From NCBI GenBank assembly GCA_964016885.1, contig OZ024746.1, positions 58,404,001 to 58,468,000 of the forward strand: a DNA stretch of 64,000 nt, read 5' to 3'. Position numbers and translations under genes: made by a program. Below are positions 40,501-53,886 of this stretch, one piece after another. Below the pieces are notes generated by a model, which saw nothing but the letters and a program-made list of their open reading frames with translations, did no database searches and was not told the origin of the DNA. Every line of letters starts with the position of its first letter. Within the stretch, counting starts at the first letter, position 1. This DNA is from Eledone cirrhosa (Eukaryota).

Positions 40501-40552
40501 CGGCGCATCTGTGTGTGTGTAGATATCTATATATGTATATGTGTATATATAT

Positions 40553-40803
40553 TTTTGCCCAATATAGGTCTGTTGTTTTTCTTAATTTTTCTTAATTTAA
40601 AATTTAAAGTTAAGGACAACAAACTATATTGCTGTAGTTAGTATTTTTTCACCCCAGCAAATTTTGGTCCTTACGATTCGAACACATGTATGTTTATATT
40701 AGTGTTCATCTCTCTTGTTTATTCAATTATATTGTACGGCCCGGAAAAGCTTTTTTCTGAGAGCTATTTAATTGTAAGGGACTACCCTGAGTTCTTAACT
40801 CAA
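40553..40803 (+). mobile_element. Family D single 3' end
   Basis: CCAATATAGGT..CGAACACATGTAT..GTTCATC..GAGCTATTTAATTGTAA..TAACTCAATA shared with 18479-19145. Confidence 0.7.
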
Positions 40804-41521
40804 TATATATATATATATATATACATTCAGAGAGAGTTAGAGAGATAAAGATAAATAGATAGAGCGATAGAGAAAGAGAGAGAGAGAGAGAGAGAGAGGG
40901 AGGAGGAGGAGAGGGAGAGAGTGAGTGAGAGGGAAACAATGTTAACATATGTTAATTATTGGATTTAGTGGATGGCTTTCATTAAAATCAGTCATTTAAC
41001 TTCATTAATCAACATTGTTTTAAAATGATTGCTTTGCTTCTTGCTCTTAACGAAACCCCCACATTCCGCCATTCCAGCATTCTTTCATCCCATACCTTCA
41101 TAATATTCCCACATTCCGTCATACCAGCATTTTTTTATCCCATACATTCATATATTCCTTCCTACATAGCTAGCTAGTGTTTGCTGATGAGTGCATTGAA
41201 TAAACCATCTTGACGCCAGTGCAAAGTAGCGTGTGCAGGAATGCGGTTTACGTGCGGTTTTTGTTGGTGATGGTGATGGTGATGGTGATGGTGATGGTGG
41301 TGGTGGTGGTGGTGGTGGTTGTGGTGGTTGGTGGTCTTGGTGGTGGCGATCGTGATTGTGGTGATGTGGTGTTGGTGCTGGTGTGACGGTGGTGGTGGTG
41401 ATGTAGTGGTGGTGATGATGGTGGTGGTGGTGGTTAAGGTGATGAAGTTAATGTTGCTAAAATAACCAGCATCATCATCATTATTATATAATTATTATTA
41501 TTGTTAGTAGTAGCAATAGTA

Positions 41522-41582
<61 letters not shown>

Positions 41583-41584
<2 letters not shown>

Positions 41585-41769
41585 ATTGTTTCTACTTTTG
41601 GGCACAAGGCCAGCAATAACCAGTACATTACTGGTACTTTATTTTATCAACCCCGTAAGGATGAAAGGCAAAGTTAACCTCGGCGGGATTTGAACTCAGA
41701 TCATAAAGGGACGTAACTCTATGCTTCAAAGCATGGTGTCCGACCCTCTACCGATACTGCCAATCCACC
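41583..41769 (-). mobile_element. tRNA-derived SINE, near consensus
   Basis: Nearly identical to the reverse complement of 768-956. Confidence 0.9.
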
Positions 41770-42118
41770 GTAATAATGATTTCATTTATTGGCCATAAGG
41801 GCCGACATATAGGGGACAATACAAAAGACTGGGACAGTGGGGTTTTACAGAAAAATCGAGTAAACAATATGAATGACAATAACAAAGTAACAAGAAAAAT
41901 AGAAGAAAAATTCCCCAAAGGGGGGGGGGGGGTGACCACCCAGGGTTCGCTCAGATACCCCACCAATCCTGAACGACCCGACGTTTGAGAGCACCCTGGA
42001 AGGGCACCCCTCTCCTCCTCAAATATACCCACCTACAGGCGCATGACCAGACTAGGCCCACTCACACGGGCCATTCTCGCCACATTCACCCACCTTCAGC
42101 AAATGAACTGTGGGGAGG
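41770..42118 (-). mobile_element. 3' end of Tx1/L1-like LINE
   Basis: Reverse strand TGGGCCTA..GCCTGTAGG and CCCCTATATGTCGGC..AATAAATGAAATCATTATT match 45995-46297. Confidence 0.75.
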
Positions 42119-42129
42119 GGGGGCAGCAC

Positions 42130-44460
42130 TTCTGTAGTAGTAGTAGTAGTAATAATAATAGTAGTAGTTGTAGTAATAGTAGTTGGTGGTTGTGGTGGCC
42201 TGGTTGTAGTGGTGTTGGTGGTGGTGTTGTTGTTGGTGGTGGTGGTGCTGCTGCTGATGGTGGTGGTGGTGGTGCTGTTGGTGGTGGTGATTGTGGCTGT
42301 CATGGTGGTGTTGCTTGTGGTGGTGGTGGTGGTGGCTGTCGTGGTGGTGGTGGTGTTGGTGGTCGTGCTGTTGGTGGTGGTGATTGTGGCTGTCGTGGTG
42401 GTGTTGGTTGTGGTGTTGGTGGTGTTGGTGGTGGTGGTGGTGTTGGTGGTGGTGCTGTTGGTGGTGGTGGTGGTGCTGTTGGTGGTGGTGATTGTGGCTG
42501 TCGTGGTGGTGTTGGTTGTGGTGATGGTGGTGGTGGTGTTGGTGGTGGGGGTGCTGTTGGTGGTGGTGATAGTGGCTGTCGTGGTGGTGTTGGTTGTGGT
42601 GATGGTGGTGGTGGTGTTCGTGGTGGTGGTGGTGGTGGTGGTGCTGTTGGTGGTGGTGATAGTGGCTGTCGTGGTGGTGTTGGTTGTGGTGATGGTGGTG
42701 GTGGTGTTCGTGGTGGTGGTGGTGGTGGTGGTGGTGCTGTTGGTGGTGGTGGTAGTGGTGGTGTTGGTGGTGGTGCTGTTGGTGGTGGTGGTGTTGGTGG
42801 TGGTGGTGTTGGTGGTGGTGCTGTTGGTGGTGGTGGTGGTGCTGTTGGTGGTGGTGATTGTGGCTGTCGTGGTGGCGTTGGATGTGGTGGTGGTGGTAGT
42901 GGTGGTGGTGGTTGTGGCGTTGGTGGTGGTGATGGTGGTGGTGGTGGTGGTGGTGTTGGTGGTGGTGGTGGTGTTGGTGTTGGTGGTGGTGGTGGTGCGC
43001 TTTGTGGTGGTGATTGTGGCTGTCGTGGTGGTGTTGGATGTGGTGGTGATGGTGGTGGTGGTGTTGGTGGTGGTGGTGGTCGTGTTGGTGTTGGTGGCGT
43101 TTCTGGTGGTGGTGTTTATAGTGATGATGTTGGTGGTGGTGTTGTTGGTGGTGGTGTTGGTGTTATTGGTATTGGTGCTGATGGTGTTGGTGGTGGTGGT
43201 GGTGGTGGTGATGTTGGTGTTGGTACTGGTGGTGTTGGTGGTGCTGGTGTTTATGGTGATGATGTTGGTGGGGTGGTGTTGGTGGTGTTGGTATTGGTGG
43301 TGTTGATGCTGTTGGTGTTGGTGGTGGTGGTGCTGGTGGTACTGGTGTTTATGGTGATGATGTTGGTGGGGGTGTTGTCGGTGGTGGTGCTGTTATTGGT
43401 GTTTGGTGCTGTTGGTGTCGGTGGTGGTGTTGTTGGTTTTGGTGCTGTTGGTGTCGGTGGTGGTGGTGTTGGTTTTGGTGCTGTTGGTGTCGGTGGTGGT
43501 GGTGTTTATGGTGTTGATGTTGGTGGTGGTGTTGTTGGTGTTGATGCTGGTTATGTTGGTGGTGTTTATGGTGTTGATGGTGGTGGTGCTGTTGGTGGTG
43601 GTGATGGTGGTGTTGGTGCTGGTTATGTTGGTGGTGGTGGTGTTTATGGTGATGTTGTTGGTGGTGGTGCTGTTGGTGGTGGTGGTGTTGTTGGTGTTGG
43701 TGCTGGTGGCGGTAGATGTAGAGATCGTTGTTTTTCTGGCAGTGTCCTTGTCGTGGTAGTGATCATAGTAAAATGTAGTGATGGTGGTGGCGGTGGTAAT
43801 GGTAGATTAAATGTAGAGATCGCAGTAAAAGGTGGTGGTCGTTTCGCGGTGATGATGGTTGTGGTGGTGTTGTTGGTGCTGGTGCTGGTGTTGGTGCTGG
43901 TGCTGGTGGTGATGGTGGTCGCCGTGGTGGTGGTTGTGCTTGCGGCGGTGATGGTGGTCGCCATGGTAATGTTGGTGGGGGGTGCTTGCGCTGGTGAAAG
44001 TGGTCGTCGTGGTGGAGGTGGTAGTGGTGGTGGTATTTACGCTGGTGTTGGTGGTGGTGGCGGTTGTGGCGGTGGCAGTGGTGTCCATGCCGGTTTTGTG
44101 TTTGCCGATGATTCTTTGATGAATTTCGGTGCCAGAAACAATTATATGAAAGCTTTGTCGAAATATAATCAACAACACAACAAATACAAAAATCAACAGC
44201 AACAACAACGACAACAACAACAAAAACAACAACTACATCAACCACAACCACACCTACAAAAACAACAACAGCAGCAACAACAACAGTAACAACAACAAGT
44301 ATACAATTACAACAATAAAATAACAACAATAACAACAATATAACTTTAAATATAAAATGAGAAGTACAGCTTACAAAAAACAACTACAATAACAATAAAA
44401 TAAAACCTGGTAAAGACAACAACAACAACTGCAACACCAATAATAATATAAATGTTGCAA
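42130..44460. repeat. (GGT)n-based minisatellite/low-complexity tract followed by (CAA)n
   Basis: Recurring unit GCTGTTGGTGGTGGTGATTGTGGCTGTCGTGGTGGTGTTGG. Confidence 0.9.
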
Positions 44461-44488
44461 CAACAATTCCCTAAAATATGACAATGAT

Positions 44489-44813
44489 GCACTCCGTCGG
44501 TTAAGACGATGAGTGTTCAAGTTGATCAACCGAACAGCCCGTTCACGAAGTTTGCGTGCAAGTGCCTGAGGATTTCACAGACACGTGTACCTTTAATGTA
44601 GTTGTCAGGGAGATTCAACGTGACACAGAATGTGACAAGGCTGGCGATTTCGAACTATAGGTACAACTCGTTTTTGCACTTTGCCAGCTGAGTGGACTGG
44701 AGAAACGTGAAATAAAATGTCTTGCTCAAGGACACTATGCGCCGCCGGGAATCGAATTCACGACCATACGATCTTGAGCTGAATACTCTAACCATAAAGC
44801 CACATGCCTTCAC
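44489..44813 (-). mobile_element. Full-length CORE-type tRNA SINE (octopus OR-like)
   Basis: Minus strand GTGGCTTTATGGTTAG (box A), TTCGATTCCC (box B), GTGTCCTTGAGCAAGACATTTTATTTCAC..CCAGTCCACTCAGCTG core. Confidence 0.8.
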
Positions 44814-44884
44814 ATACTGAGAAATACAATAATACTAACAACCGTAACATCTTCGGTCAGCATAAATACGTCCAACACCAGCAC

Positions 44885-46297
44885 AAAAATCTCCTCCCTT
44901 CTGTACACATTGACTCTCGAGCCTTTACTGCGGAGGCTCGAGCTGCTACAGGGTAACCCGGTTGAACCGTGGCGTGGGAGGGCTGTGTCGGCATATACGA
45001 ATGATATCATTATGTTGTTGTTGAATAACTCGGAAGTCGAGGTGTTCGCCAGCTTTTTAGAAGAATATGAAAGGTTGACAGGAACTAAAGTGAAACCGAA
45101 AAAGTCGGTGGATTTGCAGCTCGGTACCTGGAGAGGCAAATCCATGCCGTTCAACAGCATCGTCGTACGCTTGAAGAATGGAGCGGTAAATTTGCTTGGA
45201 GTGTGGTTTGGACCGGGCCTCCAGGAGGATAAGAACTGTGATGAGGTAACGATGAGCCCATAGGAAGCTATCACTGAAAGGTCGAGTGGAGGTGGTGAAC
45301 GCGTACATTGTACCCGTCATTTACTACAGCATGGCCTCCGTTTGCACCTCACAAAATTGGAACGAGTGCTCTTCAGCTTTTTGTGGGAGGAAGAGGTTCC
45401 ATTGGTGTGGCAGTTCATGTGCACACTCTACGTGGACGGCTGGGCATGCCGCATTTAATGATGGGAAAACATGCACTGAGGCTGCGGCATCGCCAGATAT
45501 TCTGCCTAAACGCTGAACATGTGTGGTTACCGTTTGTGGGAGTATCCTTTCCGCAGCTGGAGCCTTTGACTGAGCTGCTGTCCTGGGTCAAAAGTGACCG
45601 AGACTGGGCGCCGAGCATCTGACATGCTGCTAGGCACAACCTGGCCTCTATCAAGCGGGAACTTCCACTCTCGAGTGTCAACGCTCTCGGAGAGGCTCTA
45701 GACGTCAGCCAAGTCGAATTGACCAGTCTGTCCTAAAGAACATTCGAGCCGTGAACTATGAATAACATCCAGACATCCCTCGCTTGGCAGTACTACAGCT
45801 GACTTGTGGAGTTATGTCGAACAGCTGTTGTCGGGTGTTGAACGGATTCTGCTATCGACTGAGTCCATAGTGAAGATCGCCCTGCCGCCTTCATTTGGCC
45901 GGGCATGGCAGGCAATGTTCCTGTCTGGTCGCAGTAGCGAAAGAGGTTGTGTGGTGAACCAAGTTGAATAGACTGAAGAGAAACACTTCTGAAAGGTAGG
46001 TGATTGTGTGAATGGGCCTACTCTGATGATGTGCCTGTAGGCTAATTATTTTGAAGGAGAGAGGGTGCTCGTGAAGCTTTAGGTGGGTCAGAATTGTTGC
46101 ATTACATGAGTCACCCCTGTGCGGTTATCCCCTCTATTGGGGAATGTAATTTGTTATAATTATATATATATTTGTTATTACGTTATTGTTATTTCTATTG
46201 TATAAACGTTGATAAATGTTTAATCCCCATTTTCCATGTCTCTGCATTCTCCCCTATATGTCGGCACTTCTGGGCAATATATGAAGCAATTGTTATT
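44885..46297 (+). mobile_element. 5'-truncated, decayed Tx1/L1-clade LINE
   Basis: LYTLTLEPLLRRL, SAYTNDI (YADD relic), TGTKV..KS, LLGVWF, KLSLKGRVEVVN, LGMPHL; 3' UTR shared with 41770-42118. Confidence 0.8.
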
Positions 46298-46769
46298 TTA
46301 TATTGTTTTTGTAGTTGTTGCTTTTATATTTATTTATTTATATTATTCTCTAATTACCCATGTATCAAAGCAAGAAAAACAATACATAACCTACAGTTGT
46401 GATGAAATCTACGCTGACAAGACAACACTACATCAATTAGCCGCCGCCACCACTATCACATCATATCGCAACACACCACACTGCCAACACCACTTTCTCT
46501 TGAACATTTGACAAATATTCCGTTCCTCACGCTAGGATTCCCAACAGCCATACATACTTTCCATCTAAATTGTGTGGTATTAGTGTACGTGGGTGGAAGC
46601 GTGGAAGGTTTAGTTATGGAGATTTCTCTACATTTACACATAAATACATACATTTATACATATACACATACACACACGTATATATATATATATATATACT
46701 TATATATAAATATATATATATGTATTTATATATATATATACATATACATATTTATTTATTTATTTTTAC

Positions 46770-46838
<69 letters not shown>

Positions 46839-46902
46839 TATATATGTCTATATGTATATGCATATATATGTATATATGTTTATACATATATATATATATG
46901 CT

Positions 46903-46933
<31 letters not shown>

Positions 46934-46934
46934 G

Positions 46935-47014
<80 letters not shown>

Positions 47015-47357
47015 GACTTATCCTGTAGTTTGCTTTATCTGAATAAACCAAGCACATGGTTCTTCACCCCCTCTCAATATCACAGCTGCTGTATATCTGT
47101 AAACGCTGGCAATTTTCCAATCAAAAAGGGGGAACAAAATCTATGTATCAATAACGTTGGATTCACTATGGAACAGCCTGCTTTTCAAGCTTTTCATGAA
47201 TTCCAGTAAACGAAGGCTTCCTGGAATTGTATTGGAGTTGAATAAAAGACAGAAGGATGCTGAGAAATAAGAAAGAAATGTATGATATATCTCGTTCGTC
47301 ATTGAAAGAAAAAGCCCAGAAAATTTGTTAGAAAAGTTTGGTAATGTTTAGAATGTG

Positions 47358-47397
<40 letters not shown>

Positions 47398-47487
47398 CAC
47401 ATGTATATCTATGTATGAATGTATATATGTATATATATATATATACATATATATATTATATATATACATATATATATATTATATATA

Positions 47488-47591
<104 letters not shown>

Positions 47592-47857
47592 GTGTATGTA
47601 CGTGTATGTACGTGTATGTACGTATATTTGTATGCATACTCAGTTATATGTTTGTATGTCTGTGTGTGTGTTTGCGTTTAAGTGTATTTGAGTGTAATGC
47701 TAACATATAAATATCTCAGAAATACATCTGAACGTTAGTTTAAATGAACAAATACAACTCACATATAAAGTATAATGGACAGATATATTTACCAGAAAAG
47801 AATGAGATAGTTTAGCTACGTCTTAAATGTTATGTTTATTGCAGTGCAATCTATAAT

Positions 47858-48040
47858 ATAATTGTTTCTACTTTTGGCACAAGGCCAAAAATTAACCAGT
47901 ACATTACTGGTACTTTATTTTATCGACCCCGTAAGGATGAAAGGCAAAGTTAACCTCGGCGCGATTTGAATTCAGATCGTAAAGGGACGTAACTCTTTGC
48001 GTCAAATCATTGCGTCCGACCCTCAACTGATACTGCCAAT
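47858..48040 (-). mobile_element. tRNA-derived SINE
   Basis: Reverse complement of the 768-type SINE. Confidence 0.9.
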
Positions 48041-48041
48041 A

Positions 48042-48260
48042 TAATAAAGGGATGAGTGCGGGACAGCGTCCGTTTTATATTTGTTTATCCTGTGTTAGTA
48101 AAATAAGTTGGATTACTTGGCATAAATAATGAATGAATATTATGTAATTTATCTACTAAATTTCGTAGCTCATCAGTAAATATAAATATTCTGATATATA
48201 AAGTATTGCTTATTTTAACATTCACTTCTTTAAAATGTTCAAATGTCAATACTTCCGGTT
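48042..48260. repeat. Unclassified dispersed repeat; inverted copy at ~55625-55817
   Basis: TGCGGGAC..GTTAGTAAAATAAGTTGGATTACTT..TAAATAATGAATGAA shared in opposite orientation. Confidence 0.7.
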
Positions 48261-48819
48261 AGCGTCCCTTATATCATAACTAACACTTATCACATCGCTT
48301 ATATAAACGTTCATATATTCGCATCGTTATATAAGGTTTATATTTCCGTCGCTAATTTTCTCCTTTATCATAGCATTTTAGTTTATCATATATGCAGTTT
48401 ATATATAATATTGTCTTTTTTTAGTGTATCATGGATTACTTTACTGATTACAGAAGAGAGTGTAACACATACTTCGTTCAATTTCTGTGCATACATTCAA
48501 TTACGATTTTATTTGACGTATCATATCTACATGGATTTATATTTGCGCATAATATCAATATATACACTACACATGTTTTTCTACTAGTAAACTTAACAGA
48601 TCGTTTTTCACAATCTTCTACAAAATATACATTGGAGTCAATATAATGTGATAGAACTACTCTATATACATCTAATCACCTGACAACACGAAGAAACTTC
48701 TTTCAAGGAAGATCTTTGTTGTACACATGAAAGATATCTCAGTACAGTAATATCCCGTTCTGTGATTTACATGCATGTTTACAGATATAGCTTATTTTAA
48801 ACTGCACTTGAAGATAATA

Positions 48820-49590
48820 GAAACCTCATTTTAAGAAAGAAAATATTTGATTTCTTGTAGAGAGCCCTATTAGCAAGATCTAGATAATAAAATGGCAGAA
48901 CATTTGTGATGGCGTGGGTGCTATCTTAACTGTCTTTTTTTAGCTTAATGACAGTATCTGAAGAGATTTGAACATTATAATGACTTGTCGCTCTCTAGCA
49001 ATAATGTAGACGGAGACTTGACACAGTCATTAATGCGTCAGATTAAATGTCTTGGTAGTTTTTCCGACTTACTGAACACTGATTTAAAACACTGATAAGG
49101 TCAACATTTCTTTTTATACTTAGAGGGTCAATAAATAAACTGTCAGTATGTGGGAGTAGGCGCATTGAAAGAATGTCTAAATAGTCGGATAAGATGTTTT
49201 GCGATATCCGATTCAGTTGTGTGTGTGCTAGCTCCAAAATTTCGCTTTCTTCTGCTAGAATTTGTGATCGATACATAGTATTAGAAACGGAATGACCAAA
49301 GACTGCATTGTTCCTCTGGCCTGATCTGATGATCGGTTCCGTTTGTCTTTTATCAATACTCTCCCTATGCAGTTAGTAACAAGATTATATCCTCTGAACT
49401 ATGTTTCAGAACCAAGCTCGTTTGGGTTGCTGATACCCAAAACAAGCAACCACCGCATCTGTATCCTTCTTTTTGTAAATGACACATCATCGCTAATTCC
49501 TCTATAATACTACCATTATATTTCAACCACGTATAATTGCATTTATCCAATGAGATGGAGCATTCGAAATTCATTGCTTTCAAGTGAATT
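48820..49590 (-). mobile_element. Possible highly decayed hAT (SPIN/GTF2IRD2-like) transposase
   Basis: KAMNFECSISLDKC..IIEELAMM loosely resembles the F..SIALDES..EEL region; weak. Confidence 0.3.
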
Positions 49591-50267
49591 ATATTAATTT
49601 ACTGGGGAATTATTAATCTTATTATCACCCATTTCAGCAACAAAGCACTTTTTGAAAATCAACTGTCAAGTGTGGGGGAATGAAAGGTACACGTTGAAAG
49701 TCATTGATGACTCATAAAATTGTGTTTACCAGGGATATTTAACAGATAGTGACATCAGAGATAACAGAGTGAGTAGAAATTAGTTGTGTAGAATATTTTG
49801 CTCTAGAGGTGCTTAATGGCCGTTAGAGTGTTAATAGGAAATTTAAAGCATGAATTTTGTATGAAGAAAATCTATTGGGCAACAGGGTTCCGCCGTCTTT
49901 TGTCATGCCATTAATGGTGGAATACTACTAAAATGTGGATTACAGTTGAAATTTATAACATAAAGCTGGAAATCAAATTAGAAAACAATCCAGAAAGTTT
50001 CGATTTAATGCAACTTTTAATCTAAAATATTCAGGTGTTGAATAAATCAAGCATTCTAAGAGAATTAATGTTGTTGAAAGTCAGGTGTTACAATTAGCTC
50101 TTGTTGTTAAAGTCTGTAGATTTCAACAGCAATTATGTTTGGTTTTTCATGTAATTTTGCTCCTGTCAACTTTACGTCGAAATCAATTACACAACAGAGA
50201 AAATATCCAAGGTAACATATTATATATTATATAATAACTAATGGTACATATTTTATAACATTATCAA

Positions 50268-50458
50268 ACGGTGGTTTGGCAGTATCGGTAGAGGGTCGGA
50301 CACCATGCTTTGCAGCAAAGAGTTACGGCCCTTGCCATTCTGAGTTCAAATCCCGCCGAGGTTAACTTTGTCTTTCATCCTTACAGTGTCGATAAAATAA
50401 AGTACCAGTAATGAACTGGGTAATTGCTGGCCTTGTGCCAAAAGTAGAGACAATTATA
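50268..50458 (+). mobile_element. tRNA-derived SINE
   Basis: Box A/B, body and tail as in 768-956. Confidence 0.9.
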
Positions 50459-50958
50459 TAATTACTAATGGTACATATAATACATATGATGTATTATAAT
50501 ATAAAGGCTTAATGTATACTCGATGATCAATCAAAATAAATACATATAAATAAATTCATATTTATAATCTTACTCATATGTCATATTTAAGTTTAGTATA
50601 ATATAATTATTTAAAGAGGTTGAAAATATTGTACCTAGTATGTGGTTTATTTTATACTTAATTTAACTGATGTGTTTACGTTTCGTTGACTATGTTCTTA
50701 AGATCAGAGTATCCTTGTGTATATAGGAAAGCGATAAAGAGAAAGAGGAAGAGAGAGAGAGAGCGAGAAATAGAGAGCGAGCGAGAGAGTGAGAGCGAGA
50801 GAGAGAGAGAGATAGAGAGAGAGGTAGAGAGAGAGATCACTTTGTTTCATCAACTGAATAGTATGTTTGATGAGGAACTCCAATAGAAGCAAAGCTGGGG
50901 CTCCTTTCTTTTTATGAGTTTGTTTTGAAGTACAAGATCTCCACCAAACATTATTTTA

Positions 50959-51148
50959 TTGGATTGGCAGTATCGGTAGATAGTTGGACACCATGCTTTG
51001 AAGCATAGAGTTATGTCCCTTTACGGTCTGAGTTCAAATCCCGCCGCGGTTAACTTTGCCTTTCATCCTTACGGGGTCGATAAAATAAAGTATCAGTAAT
51101 ACACTGGTTAATTAATTGCTGGCTTGTGCCAAAAGTAGAAACAATTAT
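50959..51148 (+). mobile_element. tRNA-derived SINE
   Basis: Box A/B, body and tail as in 768-956. Confidence 0.9.
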
Positions 51149-52418
51149 ATTATATATTGTCTAATAATTTAGAGTCACTGACCTTGCTTGTTGTATTTAG
51201 ACCCTAAATACACTATGTTTATATAGTTTCTACAAAACCTTACATTAGATTGATGCAGGACTGACAACAGCGGAATACTTATAATATTTATAATACTTAT
51301 TCCGCCTCTGATTGTCTTAATACTTCAAACAAATACTCATATATGAGTGGTTCATGCAGACGATTGCGAAATTGTAAATATGTTTTATAACTTATATAAA
51401 ATAATAATTTTATAAAGGCGTTTATGGACGTATATACAATATTTTAATTTATAATAAACATACGCATAGTCGGGTTGTATTTGAAGCTGCGTAATTAGCA
51501 CAATATATATATATATATATTCCATAATTAGTATTCATTAGCAACAGAAAGGCCGTGATACTAAAGTATTGAGAACGTGAAATTCTGATAGATTTTATGA
51601 ACTAATTTTTTATAGAAAGCATATTTACAAATAGTGCAATATTAAATGGCGCGTGGTAATTAAAAATACCACTAACACAATGTGATTCACAAGAAATTTG
51701 TATATGAATATATATATATAATGTGAGTGTGTACAACAAGTTGCATATTGTCTCACTGTGAGTATTTCATGATGTGATTATATAACACCCACATCTGTAC
51801 CTGTATCAGATATACGAATATAAATTTACCTGACATATTAAAATCAATAGTTTTCGACGCTACACAAATCTGGAAAATCCATGAAAAGCAAGATGTATAC
51901 AAAAGATATGATGGTGAAAAAGTTTAAGATGTAATATTGAGTACTCGTAACATCGACCCAATGGAACAACTTTTATCACATCAACTGACAACATCTCACA
52001 ATCAAAGGACAGTAAATAGTTGTGTTATATGAAAAGTAATTCCCAAGCATGTGTCGAATCATATCAAGAGACTACACAGTGTCAGGCTAGACAATATTGG
52101 CTTTTGGCTAAGATATATAATAATTGTGACAGTCTTGACAGTTCCAGGTTTACGTGTACTAAATATTCTGTAGAAGATTCTAGAAATCTCTGGATATATT
52201 ATACCTAAAAAATACACACACACACTGTCTAACAGACACAGATACAAACACGTATACAGACACACGCACAAGCACATATATACACAAACACACAGACACA
52301 CTCACGCACACACATATATATATATGCGTATATGAACAGATATACAATGCAGGTTTGTACAGAAACTTGTATTTATATATATATCTGTATGGATGTGTGA
52401 GTGTGTGCGTGTGTGTGC

Positions 52419-52471
<53 letters not shown>

Positions 52472-52586
52472 TATACATAAATATAAATGAAGTAATTCCA
52501 TCGGAAAGGTACAGGAAAAGAGAGTGCTCTCTGTAGTCTACATAAATATTATACTAGAATTCTATAAGAATCAAACATTCATGGTT

Positions 52587-52675
52587 TTCAGCAAACAGGT
52601 GGAGTACTTAGCTCTAATAAGTACCAAAAAGTACGAAACAGAGCTCTGTCAGCTTTATCTCCCCTGTTTGCTGAA
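52587..52675 (+). ncRNA. Fossil type I HHR (core CTAATAA) with extended stem I
   Basis: TTCAGCAAACAGG..AGCT-CTAATAA-GTAC-CAAAAA-GTAC-GAAAC-AGAGCTCT-GTC^AGCT..CCTGTTTGCTGAA. Confidence 0.65.
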
Positions 52676-52775
52676 CATTTAAAGTAAGTGAGACTGTCAC
52701 TACTCTAAAACAATAGCGTAAAGTCTTCGAAATGCTTTTAATTAAGCATACAGTGTATTGCAAAATACACTATAT

Positions 52776-53493
52776 ATATAAATGAAAAGTATAGAAATTA
52801 TTGTGAGCAAGGGCCCAACAGTATTCCATAATATATAAGTGACTATAGCTCCAAAATGGGAAAATAGTTAGCGTAAGATGTGGGAAAATAATTCAAACTC
52901 AATTCAAAAAGAATCAGGATATAGATTCATCCACAGAATTTAGTGAAATCTAGGGAAAAATCAATAGAGCCTTCACTCAGAATAAAATAAAGTTTAAAAT
53001 ACTCATCCTTCAATTTGGAAAAACAACAAATGCTCTGTATAGTCTTAAAAAAGACTATTTCACGAAACTTTCAGTGGGGATGGTCACAGTTGGAGTCGAT
53101 CATCAGCAGAGCTCAAAGACACGATAACCAAACCCCCACTGTTTATAATATGCCAAAAAGGGAATTTAAAAGCAAGCTAGTTTAACATCATGCGTAATTA
53201 CGAAGATAAACGCACATGTAGAGACAGGGCTGGTGACGTCAGAATGAGACGAATGCCTCTTTGCATGAAATAACAGTCAAAAACATTCCGAAAAAAACTC
53301 TACAGTATAAGGAGTTCAGCAAAAGCAATATTATCGCGGTTTTTTTAACAAAAATACCGGGATTAGTCACAAATAATTTTAAGTACTCTAGGAAAGAAAT
53401 CTGAGTATAAATATAAATGAAAAGTATAGAAATGATTGTGATTAAGAGGCCAACAGTATTCCATAATATATAAGTGACTATAGCGTCAAAACG
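52776..53493 (-). mobile_element. Family G partial tandem: one 635-nt non-coding unit plus ~80-nt direct terminal repeat
   Basis: AATGAAAAGTATAGAAAT..CAACAGTATTCCATAATATATAAGTGACTATAGC at 52781 and 53416. Confidence 0.85.
53032..53112 (-). ncRNA. Type I HHR (family G), intact core
   Basis: GCTCTG-CTGATGA-TCGA..long loop..TCGT-GAAATAGTC-TTTTTTAA-GACTATA^CAGAGC. Confidence 0.8.
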
Positions 53494-53696
53494 GAAAAAA
53501 AAAAAAAAATATATATATATATGTATATGTATTAGATATATACGTAGCAATTTCATATTATGGAGATAACCAGAATAATATGTGATAACTAGAAAATACT
53601 TGAATAAATATAATCAAATGTTATCTACAGTTATATACTATTACTATTGCTATCAGCATTGCAGTGACTGAACTTTCACACACACATACATGCACA

Positions 53697-53757
<61 letters not shown>

Positions 53758-53886
53758 TATATATAGTAGCAGAAAAACCGGTCTCGAGCTGTTTTCTGCT
53801 AGCATATGTAGTGTGCATATTGGTATTATACGCAAATATATATGCATATAGATATATGTAAATTGTAAAGTAGATTGACAATGTCT

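Noticed and set aside
42043-44289. 748-aa Gly-rich ORF and overlapping Val/Thr-rich ORFs
   Set aside because: Product of a (GGT)n tract that lacks stops in several frames; it begins in the antisense strand of a LINE 3' end
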